DNA of 63,730 nt, counting the filler, from Thermodesulfobacteriota bacterium (GTDB taxonomy: Bacteria > DASVDK01), in assembly GCA_036381125.1 (NCBI GenBank). It is 7 parts of 7 records of this genome, joined end to end, with 100 filler letters (N's around TTAATTAATTAA, not from the genome) between each part and the next. Parts side by side here need not be neighbours in the genome. Positions count along the whole stretch, not along the records: positions 1 to 26,883 come from DASVDK010000151.1; 6 more parts are not named here. The stretch is one strand, 5' to 3'. The translations under genes were made by a program, and so were the position numbers. Numbering within the stretch: position 1 is the stretch's first letter; each line of letters opens with the position of its first letter. Below, in pieces: positions 8,980-19,185 of this stretch. Below the pieces are notes generated by a model that was not told the DNA's origin, did not search any database, and worked only from the letters and a program-made list of their open reading frames with translations.

Positions 8980-10200
8980 GTGTCCATTCTCGTCTCCGGG
9001 GTCTCGGTCTTCGACGGCCGCTCCCCCCGGCGCCGGCCGGGGCCGGTCCTCGTCGAGGGGGACCGGATCGCGGCGGTCGGGCCGGAGGCCGAGACGCGCG
9101 CCGCGTCCGCCGAGCGGCTCGACTTCGGTGACCTGCGCGACGCGACGCTCATGCCCGGGCTCGTCGACGCGCACATCCACCTCGCCATCAGCGGCGCCGA
9201 TCAGTCGGAGAAGGCCGATCCCGACGTGCTCATGGGGCTCAGGATGGCCCACCACGCCCGGATCAACCTCGAGGCCGGCATCACGACGATCCGCGACATC
9301 GGGGCCAAGAACCACATCGACGTCCATTTCCGCCGCGCGCTCGAGCGCGGCTACGTCCCCGGCCCCCGCATGCTGATCGCCGGCAAGCCGATCATCCCGA
9401 CGGGCGGCCACTGCACCTACATGGGGCGCGAGGTGGACGGGCCGGCCGAGGCGCGCCGCGCGGCGCGCGAGCAGATCCAGGCCGGCGTCGACTGGCTCAA
9501 GCTCATGGTGACGGGCGGGATCATGACCCACGGGACCGACCCGCGGACCGAGCAGATGCTTCCGGACGAGGTCGCCGCGGTCGTGGAGGTGGCCAGGGCC
9601 GCCGGCCGGCCGGTCGCGGCGCACTGCCAGGGGGGCCCGGCGGTCCGCCACGTGATCGAGGCGGGCATCACGTCCCTCGAGCACGGGCTCTGGCTCACCG
9701 AGGCGGACGTGGACCTCATGGTCCGGCGGGGGACCTACTACGTGCCGGCCTGCTCGTCGATCCACCTGATCGCCCGGGGCGAGCCGGTCCCCGGCAACCC
9801 CACGCCGCCGCCCCCCTGGTCGGTGGCGAAGGCGAGGCCGGCGACCGAGGCGCACCGGAAGAGCTTCGCCCTCGCGCTCGCGGCGGGCGTGAAGATCGTG
9901 GCCGGGTCCGACTACCTGCAGGCCGGGCTCCCGTACGAGCTGGAGCTGATGGTCGAGTGGGGGATGAACCCCGTCGACGCCCTCCGCTCGGCCACGAGCG
10001 TCGCGGCGGAGATGCTCGGGTTGCCGGAGATCGGCGCGGTCGAGCCGGGCAAGATCGCCGACCTCCTCGTCGTGGAAGGGAACCCCTGCGAGGACATCGG
10101 GGCCGTGTCCCGGCCCGCGGCCGTCCTCCAGTCGGGGCGTATCGTGATCCGTCACGCGCGGGCCGCCGGTCGGGACGCCGGCCCCGCGGGGAGAGCGTGA
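8980..10200 (+). CDS. Metal-dependent amidohydrolase (prolidase-like)
   Basis: LMPGLVDAHIH, GITTIRD, VAAH, SLEHG, AGSD, GKIADLLVV; AGGAGG SD. Confidence 0.92.
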   Translation: MSILVSGVSVFDGRSPRRRPGPVLVEGDRIAAVGPEAETRAASAERLDFGDLRDATLMPGLVDAHIHLAISGADQSEKADPDVLMGLRMAHHARINLEAGITTIRDIGAKNHIDVHFRRALERGYVPGPRMLIAGKPIIPTGGHCTYMGREVDGPAEARRAAREQIQAGVDWLKLMVTGGIMTHGTDPRTEQMLPDEVAAVVEVARAAGRPVAAHCQGGPAVRHVIEAGITSLEHGLWLTEADVDLMVRRGTYYVPACSSIHLIARGEPVPGNPTPPPPWSVAKARPATEAHRKSFALALAAGVKIVAGSDYLQAGLPYELELMVEWGMNPVDALRSATSVAAEMLGLPEIGAVEPGKIADLLVVEGNPCEDIGAVSRPAAVLQSGRIVIRHARAAGRDAGPAGRA

Positions 10201-11715
10201 ATGCGCGCATCGATCAGGTGGCTTCGGGGCCTGCTCGTCGGGCTCGCCCTCGTGCTCGGGCCGGCCGCCACGGCCGGCGCCGAGGACCGCGGCAGGACCG
10301 CGGTGGTCGCGGTCGGCGTCGACGCGACCTCCATGGACCCGTACCTCTCGACCAACATCACCGACAAGCACGTCGCGTCGCACCTCTTCGACACGCTCCT
10401 GCGCCGCGACGACGCCATGCGGATCCAGCCGAACCTCGCGACGAGCTACCGCGCGGTCTCGCCGACCGTGTGGGAGTTCACGCTGCGTCCAGGCGTCCGG
10501 TTCGACGACGGCACGCCGCTCACGGCCGAGGACGTGAAGTTCACGGTCGAGCACGCGCTCGACCCGGCCCTCAAGGCCCCCTCGGTCGCGCAGTTCCGCC
10601 CGATCACACGGGTCGACGCGGTCGGCGCCCACACGGTCCGCATCACGACGAAGGAGCCGTACCCGGCGCTCCCGGCCGTGATGGCCGAGCTCTGGGTCCT
10701 CTCGAAGGCCCAGGCGGCCAGGGGGCAGCAGACGCTCAACGAGCGCCCGGTCGGCTCCGGCCCCTACCGGCTCAAGGCCTGGGCGCGGGGCGACTCGATC
10801 CTCCTCGAGGCACGCGCCGACTACTGGCAGGGGGCGCCGAAGATCCCGTACGTGCGGTTCAGGACCGTGCCCGACCAGAACACCCGGTTCGCGCAGCTCA
10901 GGACCGGCGAGGCGGACATCGTCGCCGCCCTGCCGCCGGAGGCCGTGGCGCTCGTCGCGGGTGACAGGTCCGTCCGGATCGCCAGGGCCCCCGGCGCGCG
11001 CGCCTACTTCGTGGGGCTCAACACGAAGCTCGAGGGGCCGCTGCGCGACAGGCGGGTCAGGCAGGCGCTGAACCACGCGGTCGACGTCCAGGCGCTCCTC
11101 GAGTTCGTCTACGAGGGGTACGGCTCGAGGCTCGCGACCCTCCTGACGCCGCAGCAGTTCGGCTACGCCGCGAGCGTGACCCCGTACCCCCACGACCCGG
11201 CGAAGGCGAAGGCGCTCCTCGCCGAGGCAGGCTTCCCGGACGGGTTCGCGATCCGGATGGAGGCGCCCGAGGGGCGCTACCCGAAGGACCGGGAGGTCGC
11301 GCAGGCGATCGCGGGCCAGCTCGCGAAGGTCGGCGTCCGCGTCGACCTCGCCATCCGCGAGTGGGGCACCTTCGTCGGGCAGTTCCGCACCGAGGCCGGC
11401 CCGCCGATGTACCTCATGGGGTGGAGCATCCCGACCTTCGACCCCGAGACGATCCTGACGCCGCTCCTCACGCCGAACCAGACGTACGGCCGGTTCGACA
11501 CGCCGAGCCTGACCCGGCTCGTCCACGAGGCGCGGTCGACCGTGTCGCCCGAGGCCCGGGCGGCGCTGTACGAGAAGGCGCAGGTGATCATGAAGGAGGA
11601 AGCGCCGGTGATCTTCCTCTTCCAGCTCGAGGACCTCTACGGCGTGGCGAGCCGCCTCGACTGGACGCCGCGGTCGGACGAGCGGATCCTCCTCTACCAG
11701 GCGGCGTTCCGGTAG
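10201..11715 (+). CDS. Peptide/nickel ABC substrate-binding protein (family 5)
   Basis: Signal peptide, FTLRPGVRFDDGTPLTAEDVKFT, PVGSGPY, RVRQALNHAVD. Confidence 0.93.
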   Translation: MRASIRWLRGLLVGLALVLGPAATAGAEDRGRTAVVAVGVDATSMDPYLSTNITDKHVASHLFDTLLRRDDAMRIQPNLATSYRAVSPTVWEFTLRPGVRFDDGTPLTAEDVKFTVEHALDPALKAPSVAQFRPITRVDAVGAHTVRITTKEPYPALPAVMAELWVLSKAQAARGQQTLNERPVGSGPYRLKAWARGDSILLEARADYWQGAPKIPYVRFRTVPDQNTRFAQLRTGEADIVAALPPEAVALVAGDRSVRIARAPGARAYFVGLNTKLEGPLRDRRVRQALNHAVDVQALLEFVYEGYGSRLATLLTPQQFGYAASVTPYPHDPAKAKALLAEAGFPDGFAIRMEAPEGRYPKDREVAQAIAGQLAKVGVRVDLAIREWGTFVGQFRTEAGPPMYLMGWSIPTFDPETILTPLLTPNQTYGRFDTPSLTRLVHEARSTVSPEARAALYEKAQVIMKEEAPVIFLFQLEDLYGVASRLDWTPRSDERILLYQAAFR

Positions 11716-11729
11716 GGCCAGGCTCCCTC

Positions 11730-12647
11730 GTGGCCGTCCTCGTCGCCAGGCGGCTGCTCGACGCGCTGCCGGTGCTCGTCGGCAGCTCGGTGCTCGTGTT
11801 CCTGCTGGTCCACCTCTCCGGCGACCCGGCGCTCCTCATGCTGTCGCCGGACACCCCGCCGGAGCAGGTGGCCGAGTTCCGGCGGGCCTACGGGCTCGAC
11901 CGGCCGCTCCACGTCCAGTACCTCCGGTTCGTCGGCGGCGCGATCCGGGGCGACCTCGGCGAGTCGATCCGCTTCCGCCGGCCCGCCCTCGACCTCGTCC
12001 TCGAGGCGCTCCCGGCCACGCTCGAGCTTGCGGGGGCGAGCCTCGTCCTCGTCGTGGGCATCGGCGTGCCGCTCGGCGTCCTGTCGGCCGCCCGGGCCGG
12101 GACCGCGATGGACGCCGCCGTCCGGGGGCTCGTCTTCGTCGGCCAGGGGACGCCCCCCTTCTGGCTCGGCCTGATGCTGATCGTCGTCTTCGCCGTGAAG
12201 CTGCGGCTGCTGCCGTCGTCCGGCCGGGGCGACCTCGCGCAGCTCGTCCTGCCCGCCGTCACGCTGGCCGCCTACTTCGTCGCCGCGGTGGCGCGGCTCA
12301 CGCGCGGCGGACTCGTGGCGGCGCTGCGGAGCGACTACGTGCGGACGGCGCGGGCCAAGGGGCTTGCGCCCCGGAGGGTCCTCTTCGGCCACGCGCTCCG
12401 CAACGTCCTCATCCCGGTCGTCACGATGATCGGCCTGCAGACCGGGACGCTCCTCGGCGGCGCGGTCGTCACGGAGACGATCTTCGCCTGGCCGGGAATG
12501 GGCCGCCTGATCGTGGACTCGATCTACCGGCGCGACTACCCGGTCGTGCAGGCCGCGATCCTCGTCACCGTCGTGCTCTTCGTCGCCGTGAACCTCGTGG
12601 TCGACCTCTCCTACCGGCTCCTCGATCCGAGGGTCCGTCATGAGTAG
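11730..12647 (+). CDS. ABC permease, DppB-like
   Basis: GLDRPLHVQY, GDLGES, DYVRTARAKGL, ETIFAWPGMG. Confidence 0.93.
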   Translation: MAVLVARRLLDALPVLVGSSVLVFLLVHLSGDPALLMLSPDTPPEQVAEFRRAYGLDRPLHVQYLRFVGGAIRGDLGESIRFRRPALDLVLEALPATLELAGASLVLVVGIGVPLGVLSAARAGTAMDAAVRGLVFVGQGTPPFWLGLMLIVVFAVKLRLLPSSGRGDLAQLVLPAVTLAAYFVAAVARLTRGGLVAALRSDYVRTARAKGLAPRRVLFGHALRNVLIPVVTMIGLQTGTLLGGAVVTETIFAWPGMGRLIVDSIYRRDYPVVQAAILVTVVLFVAVNLVVDLSYRLLDPRVRHE

Positions 12648-13470
12648 GGGCCGCGCCGCGCGGCTCCTCGCCGTGGCGTGCGGCGGCGTGGTCGCCGGCT
12701 TCGCGCTGGTCGCCCTCCTCGCCCCGTGGCTCGCGCCGTACGACCCGAACGGGACCGACCTCGGCAGCCGGCTGCTGCCTCCCGCCTTCCTCCAGGGGGG
12801 ACGCCTCGCGCACCCGCTCGGCACCGACCACCTCGGCCGGGACATCCTGAGCCGCCTCGTCGCGGGCTCGCGCGTGACGCTCCTGGTCGGCGCGAGCACC
12901 GTCGCGCTCGGCGGGCTGGTCGGCGGCACGATCGGCCTCGCGACCGGGTTCTTCGGCGGCGTGCTCGACCGGGTGGCGATGCGGCTCGCGGACATCCAGG
13001 CGAGCTTCCCCTACATCCTCGTCTCGCTCGCCCTGATCGCGGTCCTCGGGCCGAGCCTCGGCATCGTCATCGCCGTCCTCGGGCTCGCGAGCTGGCCCGT
13101 GTACGCGCGGACGGTCCGCGGGGCCGTCCTCGCGGTGAGGAGCCGGGACTACGTCGCCGTCGCCGTCGCCCTCGGCGCGCACCCCATGCGGGTCCTCGCG
13201 GCCCACGTGACGCCGAACGTCCTCGGGCCGCTCGTCATCGTGGCGACGCTGCAGGTGTCGAACGTGATGATCGCCGAGGCGACGCTCTCCTTCCTCGGCC
13301 TGGGCGTGTCGCTCTCGACGCCGACCTGGGGCGGGATGCTCAGGGAGGGGCAGTCCTACCTCTTCTTCGCGCCCTGGCTCGCGGCGTGGCCGGGGCTTGC
13401 GATCATGCTGGTCGCGGTCTCGACGAACTTCCTCGGCGACGCGCTGAACGACCGGGTCGCGTCGGCCTGA
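12640..13470 (+). CDS. ABC permease, DppC-like
   Basis: HPLGTDHLGRDILSR, EATLSFLGLG, PTWGGML. Confidence 0.93.
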   Translation: MSRGRAARLLAVACGGVVAGFALVALLAPWLAPYDPNGTDLGSRLLPPAFLQGGRLAHPLGTDHLGRDILSRLVAGSRVTLLVGASTVALGGLVGGTIGLATGFFGGVLDRVAMRLADIQASFPYILVSLALIAVLGPSLGIVIAVLGLASWPVYARTVRGAVLAVRSRDYVAVAVALGAHPMRVLAAHVTPNVLGPLVIVATLQVSNVMIAEATLSFLGLGVSLSTPTWGGMLREGQSYLFFAPWLAAWPGLAIMLVAVSTNFLGDALNDRVASA

Positions 13471-13494
13471 CGGCCGCCACCGGCGTCGAGGCCC

Positions 13495-13517
13495 GGGGTC
13501 AGGTCTTTCCATTTTCC
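13495..13517 (+). repeat. GGGGTCAG-type 24-nt intergenic repeat (one copy plus a degenerate one)
   Basis: GGGGTCAGGTCTTTCCATTTTCC, identical to the copy at 47365. Confidence 0.85.
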
Positions 13518-13806
13518 GTGCGGTCAGGCCGCGACGCTTTCCGATCCGGCACGCCGGACGCGTGGAGGTCCGACCGACGGGAGGGCGGCGGGGATGCCGG
13601 ACCGCGGGCGAAGTCGCGGCAATGCGCTCGTGGTTGCCCGGCTTGCCGGGCCGGCCGGGGCCGCCGGGTCGGCGCCGCCTCGTCGCGCTGCGACAAGTCT
13701 CCCCCTCAGGGGCAGGGGGCGGCGCGTACCGGGGCTTCCGGCCCGGCGAGGCGATCGGCCTCGGCCATCCGCTCCCGTGTGACCAGCTCCGCGAACGAGA
13801 GGTCCG

Positions 13807-15837
13807 TCATGACGTCGCCGCCCGCACCTCGAGGAACGTGCTCTGATAGGTCGCGCCCTCGCCGAAGTCGCTGTACCGCGGGCCGACCAGGACGTTCACC
13901 GTGCCGCCGCCCGCCTCCGCGGCCGGCCGCTGGCCGATGACGAGCGCGACGCCGGGCGGCGCGTCGTCGCTCACCCTGAGCGTCAGCGTGAGCGCGCCCC
14001 GGTCGTTCTCGAGGCGCACCGGTGCGCCGGCGTGCAGACCGCGGCGGGCCGCCTCGTCCGGATGGAGGACGACGGCGGGCGCCCCCTCGCGCGCCCTGAG
14101 CGACGCGACGCCGGAGAAGGCGGTGTGCGCCTGGAAGTACCCGGGCGCCGTGAGCAGGCGCAGGGGGAACCGCGCAGCGGCCTGCGCCTCCTCGGGGTCG
14201 GGCCGGTAGTCCGGCATGGGCGGCAGGCCCTGGGCGGCCAGCGTCTCCGAGTAGAACTCGAGCTTGCCCGACGGCGTCGCGAAGCGCTGCGTGCCGGGCG
14301 GCGGGCCGACGCGCAGGGGACGGCCGGTGAGGAGGGTGGCGGCGTCGAGCGAGGCGGCCGGCCCGACCGACGCGCCGAGGAGCGTGCGGACGAGGTCCTC
14401 GGTGTCCATCGACCAGACCGGGTCGGTCAGGCCCATGCGCCGGGCGAGCGTTTGCGCGAGCCGGCGGTTCGACCACGCCTCGCCCTGCGGGGGCACCGCC
14501 GCGCGCCCCGCCTGGACGTAGTACGTCCCGTACGAGCGGTACACGTCGTCGGTCTCGAGGTACGTCGCCGCCGGCAGGACGAGGTCGGCGTAGCGCGCCG
14601 TGTCCGACAGGAACGGATCGTGGACCACCGTGAACAGGTCCTCGCGCGAGAGACCGCGCCGCACCGCCGCCGCGTCGGGACAGGTGACGGCCGGGTTGTT
14701 GGCCGCGACGAAGAGGGCGCGTATCGGCGGCCGGTCGAGCGTGAGGAGCGCCTCGCCGAGCCGCGCGTGGTTCACGACCCGCGCGCCGACCGGCCCCGAG
14801 GGCTTGCGGAGCGGGTCGCCCTTGATGCCGATGCCGGCGGACGTCATCAGCAGGGCGCCGCCGCCGCGCTTGCCGTACGCGCCGACGACGCCCGGCAGGA
14901 GCGCCACGGCGCGGACCGCCTGGCCGCCCTGGGCCGAGCGCGACATCCCCTCGCCGAGCCGGATGAAGGGGGCCCGCGCCCGCCCGTAGGCGTGCGCGAG
15001 CCGCTCGACGTCGGCCGGCGCGACCCCGGTGAGGTCGGCGGTGCGGGCCGGGTCGAAGCGGGGCAGCACCTCACGCTCGAGGCGATCGAAGCCGACCGTC
15101 TCGCGCGCGAGGTAGGCGCGGTCGGCCAGGCCGTCGCGCGCGAGCACGTGCATGACGCCGAGGGCGAGCGCGGCGTCGGTCCCCACCCGGACGCGGATGT
15201 GCCAGTCGGCCCGGGCGGCCGTTCGGCTGCGGCGCGGGTCGATGACGACGAGGGTCGCGCCGGCCGCGCGTGCCGCCTCGACCTTGGCCCAGGTGTGGAC
15301 GTTCGTCGTGACGAGATCGGCGCCCCACGCGACGACGAAGTCCGAGTCGACCACGGTCTCCGGATCGGCGCCCCCCACGGGGCCGAGCGTCGCCTCCCAG
15401 GCCGCCTCGGCGCAGGTGTCGCAGACGGTGCCGGCGGCAAGCCGGCTCGTCCCGAGCGCGTGGAAGAGGCCGAGCAGCAGCCCCCGGTTGATCTGACCCT
15501 GGTGGGCGCTGTAGGCGTACCCGAGGATCGCCTCCGGGCCGTCCTCCCGGATGATGGCCGTCCAGCGCTCGACGATCTCGTCGAGCGCGGCGTCCCAGGA
15601 GACCGGCTCGAAGGCCCCCGTCCCCTTTGGCCCGGTCCGCCGGAGCGGCGTGCGCAGCCGCTCGGGCGAGTGGACCAGCTCCATCTCCCGGTTCACCTTG
15701 GCGCAGGTGAAGCCGGCCGTCATCGGCTGCTCGGGGTCGCCCTGGATCCGGACGATGCGGCCGTCCTCGACCGTCACCAGGAGGGAGCAGAGGTCGGGAC
15801 AGTCGTGGGCGCACGGGGTCCGGATGGTCGCTCGCAT
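13807..15837 (-). CDS. Molybdopterin-dependent oxidoreductase (single subunit)
   Basis: CAHDCPDLC Fe-S motif, ERLRTPL, SWDAALD, DTARYADLVLPA, C-terminal molybdopterin-dinucleotide domain; no signal peptide. Confidence 0.92.
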   Translation of the reverse strand: MRATIRTPCAHDCPDLCSLLVTVEDGRIVRIQGDPEQPMTAGFTCAKVNREMELVHSPERLRTPLRRTGPKGTGAFEPVSWDAALDEIVERWTAIIREDGPEAILGYAYSAHQGQINRGLLLGLFHALGTSRLAAGTVCDTCAEAAWEATLGPVGGADPETVVDSDFVVAWGADLVTTNVHTWAKVEAARAAGATLVVIDPRRSRTAARADWHIRVRVGTDAALALGVMHVLARDGLADRAYLARETVGFDRLEREVLPRFDPARTADLTGVAPADVERLAHAYGRARAPFIRLGEGMSRSAQGGQAVRAVALLPGVVGAYGKRGGGALLMTSAGIGIKGDPLRKPSGPVGARVVNHARLGEALLTLDRPPIRALFVAANNPAVTCPDAAAVRRGLSREDLFTVVHDPFLSDTARYADLVLPAATYLETDDVYRSYGTYYVQAGRAAVPPQGEAWSNRRLAQTLARRMGLTDPVWSMDTEDLVRTLLGASVGPAASLDAATLLTGRPLRVGPPPGTQRFATPSGKLEFYSETLAAQGLPPMPDYRPDPEEAQAAARFPLRLLTAPGYFQAHTAFSGVASLRAREGAPAVVLHPDEAARRGLHAGAPVRLENDRGALTLTLRVSDDAPPGVALVIGQRPAAEAGGGTVNVLVGPRYSDFGEGATYQSTFLEVRAATS

Positions 15838-15962
15838 GGACGGAAACCTCCTGATTCCGAGGGTACCGGCAAAGGTGGCCCCTTGAAAGAGCCAGTTCCT
15901 GCGGTTATCGTAGTGCCATTTGTGCCGGTGCGACGCGCGGTTGCGCCGGAAAGGAGGGGCCG

Positions 15963-16229
15963 ATGCGGCGGCTATGGGCGGCGGTCCTCGCGGCGGCGGT
16001 GCTCCTCGGCGGGCCTGCCGGGGCGTCGGACGAGGAGGGGGCCAACGAGCAGGCGACCGGGGCGACGCGCGGCACCGCTGGAGACCTCGGCCGGACGCTG
16101 CGGCGCGCCAACGAGCGGGCGACCGAGGCGACGCGCGGTACGGCGAGGGAGGTCGGCAAGGCGGTGAAGGAGGCGGCCGACGACGTCGGCGAGGCCTTCC
16201 GGGACCTCGGCAGGAAGCTGTCGGAGTAG
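15963..16229 (+). CDS. Small secreted helical hypothetical protein
   Basis: AGGAGG SD, signal peptide, repeated ANE.AT.ATRGTA. Confidence 0.7.
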   Translation: MRRLWAAVLAAAVLLGGPAGASDEEGANEQATGATRGTAGDLGRTLRRANERATEATRGTAREVGKAVKEAADDVGEAFRDLGRKLSE

Positions 16230-16253
16230 ACCCGGACCTCGCGGTCGACTCGC

Positions 16254-17741
16254 GTGTTCGTCACCCTGAACGGCAACGGGTCGCTCCAGCAGCAGGTCTA
16301 CGAGGGGCTCAGGCGGGCGATTCTCGAGAGCCGCCTCGGCCCGCGCGCCCGCCTCCCCTCGACGCGCAGCCTCGCGCGCGAACTGGGCGTCTCGCGCAAC
16401 ACGGTCCTGGCGGCCTACGACCAGCTCCTCGCCGAAGGCTACGTCGTCGGCCGGGTCGGCTCCGGCACCTACGTCGCCGCCGAGCTGCCCGACGCGATGC
16501 TCGCCGCTCGCCGCGCCGAGCCGTCCGCTCGCGAGTCCGGCGCGCCGCAGCCGCGCCTGTCGACGTACGGCGAGCGGGTACGCCGCGTCGACCCGCTCGA
16601 CGTCCCCGGCACGAGCCGGACCCACCCGGCTCCGGCGCGCCTCCACTACGACTTCCGCTACGGCACCCCCTCGGTGGAGGAGTTCCCCCACGAGACCTGG
16701 CGCCGGCTCCTCGCCCGCCGTGCCAGGCGCGCGTCGGTCCACTCGCTCGGCTACGGGCGGCCGGAGGGGGAGCCGGTGCTGCGCGAGGCGATCGCCGACT
16801 ACCTTCGCCGCGCCCGCGCGGTCGACTGCCGCGCCGAGCAGGTCATCGTCGTCCAGGGCTCGCAGCAGGCGCTCGACCTCGTGGCGCGCCTCCTGGTCGA
16901 CCCGGGCGACGTGGTCGTCGTGGAGGATCCGGCCTACCAGGGCGCGCGCAAGATCTTCCTCGCCGCGGGGGGACGCCTCGTGGCCGCGCCCGTCGACGGG
17001 GAGGGGGCCGACCTCTCGCACCTCCCCCCGGAGGCCGACGCGGCGCGGCTCGTCTACGTGACCCCCTCCCACCAGTTCCCGACCGGCGCCACCATGTCGC
17101 TCTGCCGGCGTCTCGAGCTTCTCGGCTTCGCCGAGCGGACCTCGGCCTACGTCGTCGAGGACGACTACGACAGCGAGTTCCGCTACGAGGGCCGACCGGT
17201 CGAGTCGGTCCAGGGTCTCGACCGCCGCGGGCGGGTGGTGTACGTGGGGACCTTCTCGAAGGTGCTCTTCCCGGCCCTGCGCGTCGGCTACCTGGTCCTG
17301 CCCGAGCCGCTGGTGCCGATCGTGTCGGCGGCGAAGTGGCTCGCGGACCGCCACACCGCGACGCTCGAGCAGGAGGTGCTCGCCGACTTCATCGCGGGCG
17401 GGCACTTCGAGCGGCACCTGAGACGTGCGCGGGCGCACAACGCGGCGCGGCGCGCCGCGCTCCTCGAGGCGCTCGCCGAGCACCTCGGCGACCGCGCCGT
17501 CGTGTCGGGCGCCAACGCCGGCGTACACCTCCTCGTCTGGCTACCCGGCGTCCCGGCCGGCGCCGCGCCCGACCTCGTCGCGGCCGCCGCGAGGGCGGGC
17601 GTCGGCGTCTACCCGGTCGCCCCCTACTACCTGAACCCGCCGAACACCGCCGGCCTGCTGCTCGGATACGCCTCGCTCACCGAGTCGGAGATCCGGCAAG
17701 GCATTCGCCGCCTCGCCCAGGTGATCGCCGCACGCGGGTGA
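16254..17741 (+). CDS. MocR/PdxR-type GntR regulator with PLP aminotransferase domain
   Basis: LPSTRSLARELGVSRNTV; YVTPSHQFPTG; EDDYDSEF; GTFSKVLFPALRVGY. Confidence 0.95.
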   Translation: MFVTLNGNGSLQQQVYEGLRRAILESRLGPRARLPSTRSLARELGVSRNTVLAAYDQLLAEGYVVGRVGSGTYVAAELPDAMLAARRAEPSARESGAPQPRLSTYGERVRRVDPLDVPGTSRTHPAPARLHYDFRYGTPSVEEFPHETWRRLLARRARRASVHSLGYGRPEGEPVLREAIADYLRRARAVDCRAEQVIVVQGSQQALDLVARLLVDPGDVVVVEDPAYQGARKIFLAAGGRLVAAPVDGEGADLSHLPPEADAARLVYVTPSHQFPTGATMSLCRRLELLGFAERTSAYVVEDDYDSEFRYEGRPVESVQGLDRRGRVVYVGTFSKVLFPALRVGYLVLPEPLVPIVSAAKWLADRHTATLEQEVLADFIAGGHFERHLRRARAHNAARRAALLEALAEHLGDRAVVSGANAGVHLLVWLPGVPAGAAPDLVAAAARAGVGVYPVAPYYLNPPNTAGLLLGYASLTESEIRQGIRRLAQVIAARG

Positions 17742-17955
17742 CGCCGCGCACGGACGCGCCCGCTCGACGCATCGCGTCACGAGAGGCGACGCGGCGCCCG
17801 CGCGACCCGCCGATTACGGAAACGAGATGGACATTGACCACATTGTCGCCACCGGACCGGGGCGATGTGATCCCCGTTGCATCGGTCCGGCCGCGGCGAA
17901 CACGCGGCGTGAAGTTGCGCGGCGCGCTGTGAGCGATGTCGCGTCCGCCGACGTC

Positions 17956-17970
17956 TGGCACGGCAGATGC
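17956..17970 (+). promoter_or_regulatory. Sigma-54 promoter candidate
   Basis: TGGCACGGCAGATGC: GG-N10-GC with perfect -24 element, about 40 nt before ATG 18008. Confidence 0.6.
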
Positions 17971-18007
17971 GAGCGAACCCTCGGCAGGCAACCGACCGAG
18001 GGTCCCG

Positions 18008-18535
18008 ATGCGACACGAATCACATGTCGTCCGAGCCGTGCGATCGCTCCTCCCGGTACTGCTCCTGTCGGCGCTGCTGGCAGGCTGCGGCGCTGCGGCG
18101 CCGGCGGAGCCCTCGGCCCCGACGCGGCCGTCGCCTGCGCCGAGCCCGACGCCGACGCCGAATCCGACGCCGAACCCGACGCCGACCCCGAATCCGACGC
18201 CGAGCCCGACGCCGACGCCCACTCCGACGCCGACGCCCACTCCGACGCCGACGCCTACACCGACGCCGACGCCTACACCGACGCCGACGCCGAGCGTGAC
18301 GACGCTCCTCTGGGACGCGCCGACGAGCGGCCCGGAGGTCGAGTCCTACAACGTCTACATCGCGACGAACAGCGCGGGGACGAACTACACGCTGCGGGGG
18401 TCGACGACCGACACCGAGATCCCGCTCTCGGCGCTCGGCCTCACGCCGGGTGAGACGTACTGGGCGCAGGTGAGGTCGGTGGGGAGCACGGGCCTCGAGT
18501 CCAGCCCGTCGCAGCCGATCAGCTTCACCTACTGA
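18008..18535 (+). CDS. Lipoprotein with Pro-Thr linker and Fn3-like domain
   Basis: Lipobox LAGC; long PT repeat; [31 protein letters not shown]. Confidence 0.8.
   Translation: MRHESHVVRAVRSLLPVLLLSALLAGCGAAAPAEPSAPTRPSPAPSPTPTPNPTPNPTPTPNPTPSPTPTPTPTPTPTPTPTPTPTPTPTPTPTPSVTTLLWDAPTSGPEVESYNVYIATNSAGTNYTLRGSTTDTEIPLSALGLTPGETYWAQVRSVGSTGLESSPSQPISFTY
18145..18292 (+). repeat. Coding 6-nt tandem repeat (CCGACG variants) encoding Pro-Thr
   Basis: Directly visible, synonymous variation between units. Confidence 0.9.
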
Positions 18536-19185
18536 GGCTGCTGTTCGGAGCGCGGCGGCGTCCGGCCGCCGGCCCATGCCCACGCCAGGCGCTCGAGACG
18601 GCCGATGAGAACGTTGGCGCCGATGGCGAGCGCGGAGACGGCCGACGTGCCGACGAGGATCTTGGCGGTGTGGTCCTGGTAGAGGCCCTCGAAGAGGAGG
18701 ACGCCGAGGCCGCCCGCGTTGATCCAGGCGGCGAGCGTCGCGATGCCGATGGTCGAGACCAGCGCCACGCGCACGCCGGCCAGCACGACCGGCAGGGCGA
18801 GCGGCGCCTCCACGTCGGCGAGACGCCGCCAGGCGCCCATCCCCATGCCCCGCGCCGCCTCGATCACCGAGGGGTCCACCCCGTCCAGCCCCACCACGAC
18901 GTTCCGTACGAGCACGAGCTGGCAATAGGCGACCAGCGCGATCAGGGCCGAGGCGCTCCCGAGGCCGGTCACCGGGATGAGGAGGGCGAACAGCGCGAGG
19001 CTCGGGACCGTGTAGACGACCCCGAGGAGGCCGAGGACCGGGCCGCGGAGGGGCCGGACGCGGGCGAGGAGCAGGCCGGTCGGCAGGGCGAGCGCGAGCG
19101 CGATGGCCAGCGTGGCGAGCGTGAGCAGCAGGTGCTCGCCGACGAGCCCGAGGACCCGGTCCCAGTACCGGACCAGGTAGCTCAC
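18529..19185 (-). CDS. Osmoprotectant ABC permease
   Basis: [27 protein letters not shown]. Confidence 0.92.
   Translation of the reverse strand: MSYLVRYWDRVLGLVGEHLLLTLATLAIALALALPTGLLLARVRPLRGPVLGLLGVVYTVPSLALFALLIPVTGLGSASALIALVAYCQLVLVRNVVVGLDGVDPSVIEAARGMGMGAWRRLADVEAPLALPVVLAGVRVALVSTIGIATLAAWINAGGLGVLLFEGLYQDHTAKILVGTSAVSALAIGANVLIGRLERLAWAWAGGRTPPRSEQQPQ

Noticed and set aside
8431-11526. Very long antisense or alternate-frame ORFs (also 3680-5890, 50580-53996 upstream part and many others)
   Set aside because: Shadow frames of real GC-rich genes; Arg/Pro/Gly-rich with no motifs
13706-13810. 34-aa ORF coupled to the Mo enzyme stop (MTDLSFAELVTRERMAEADRLAG...)
   Set aside because: ATGA overlap is suggestive, but too short to support without homologs
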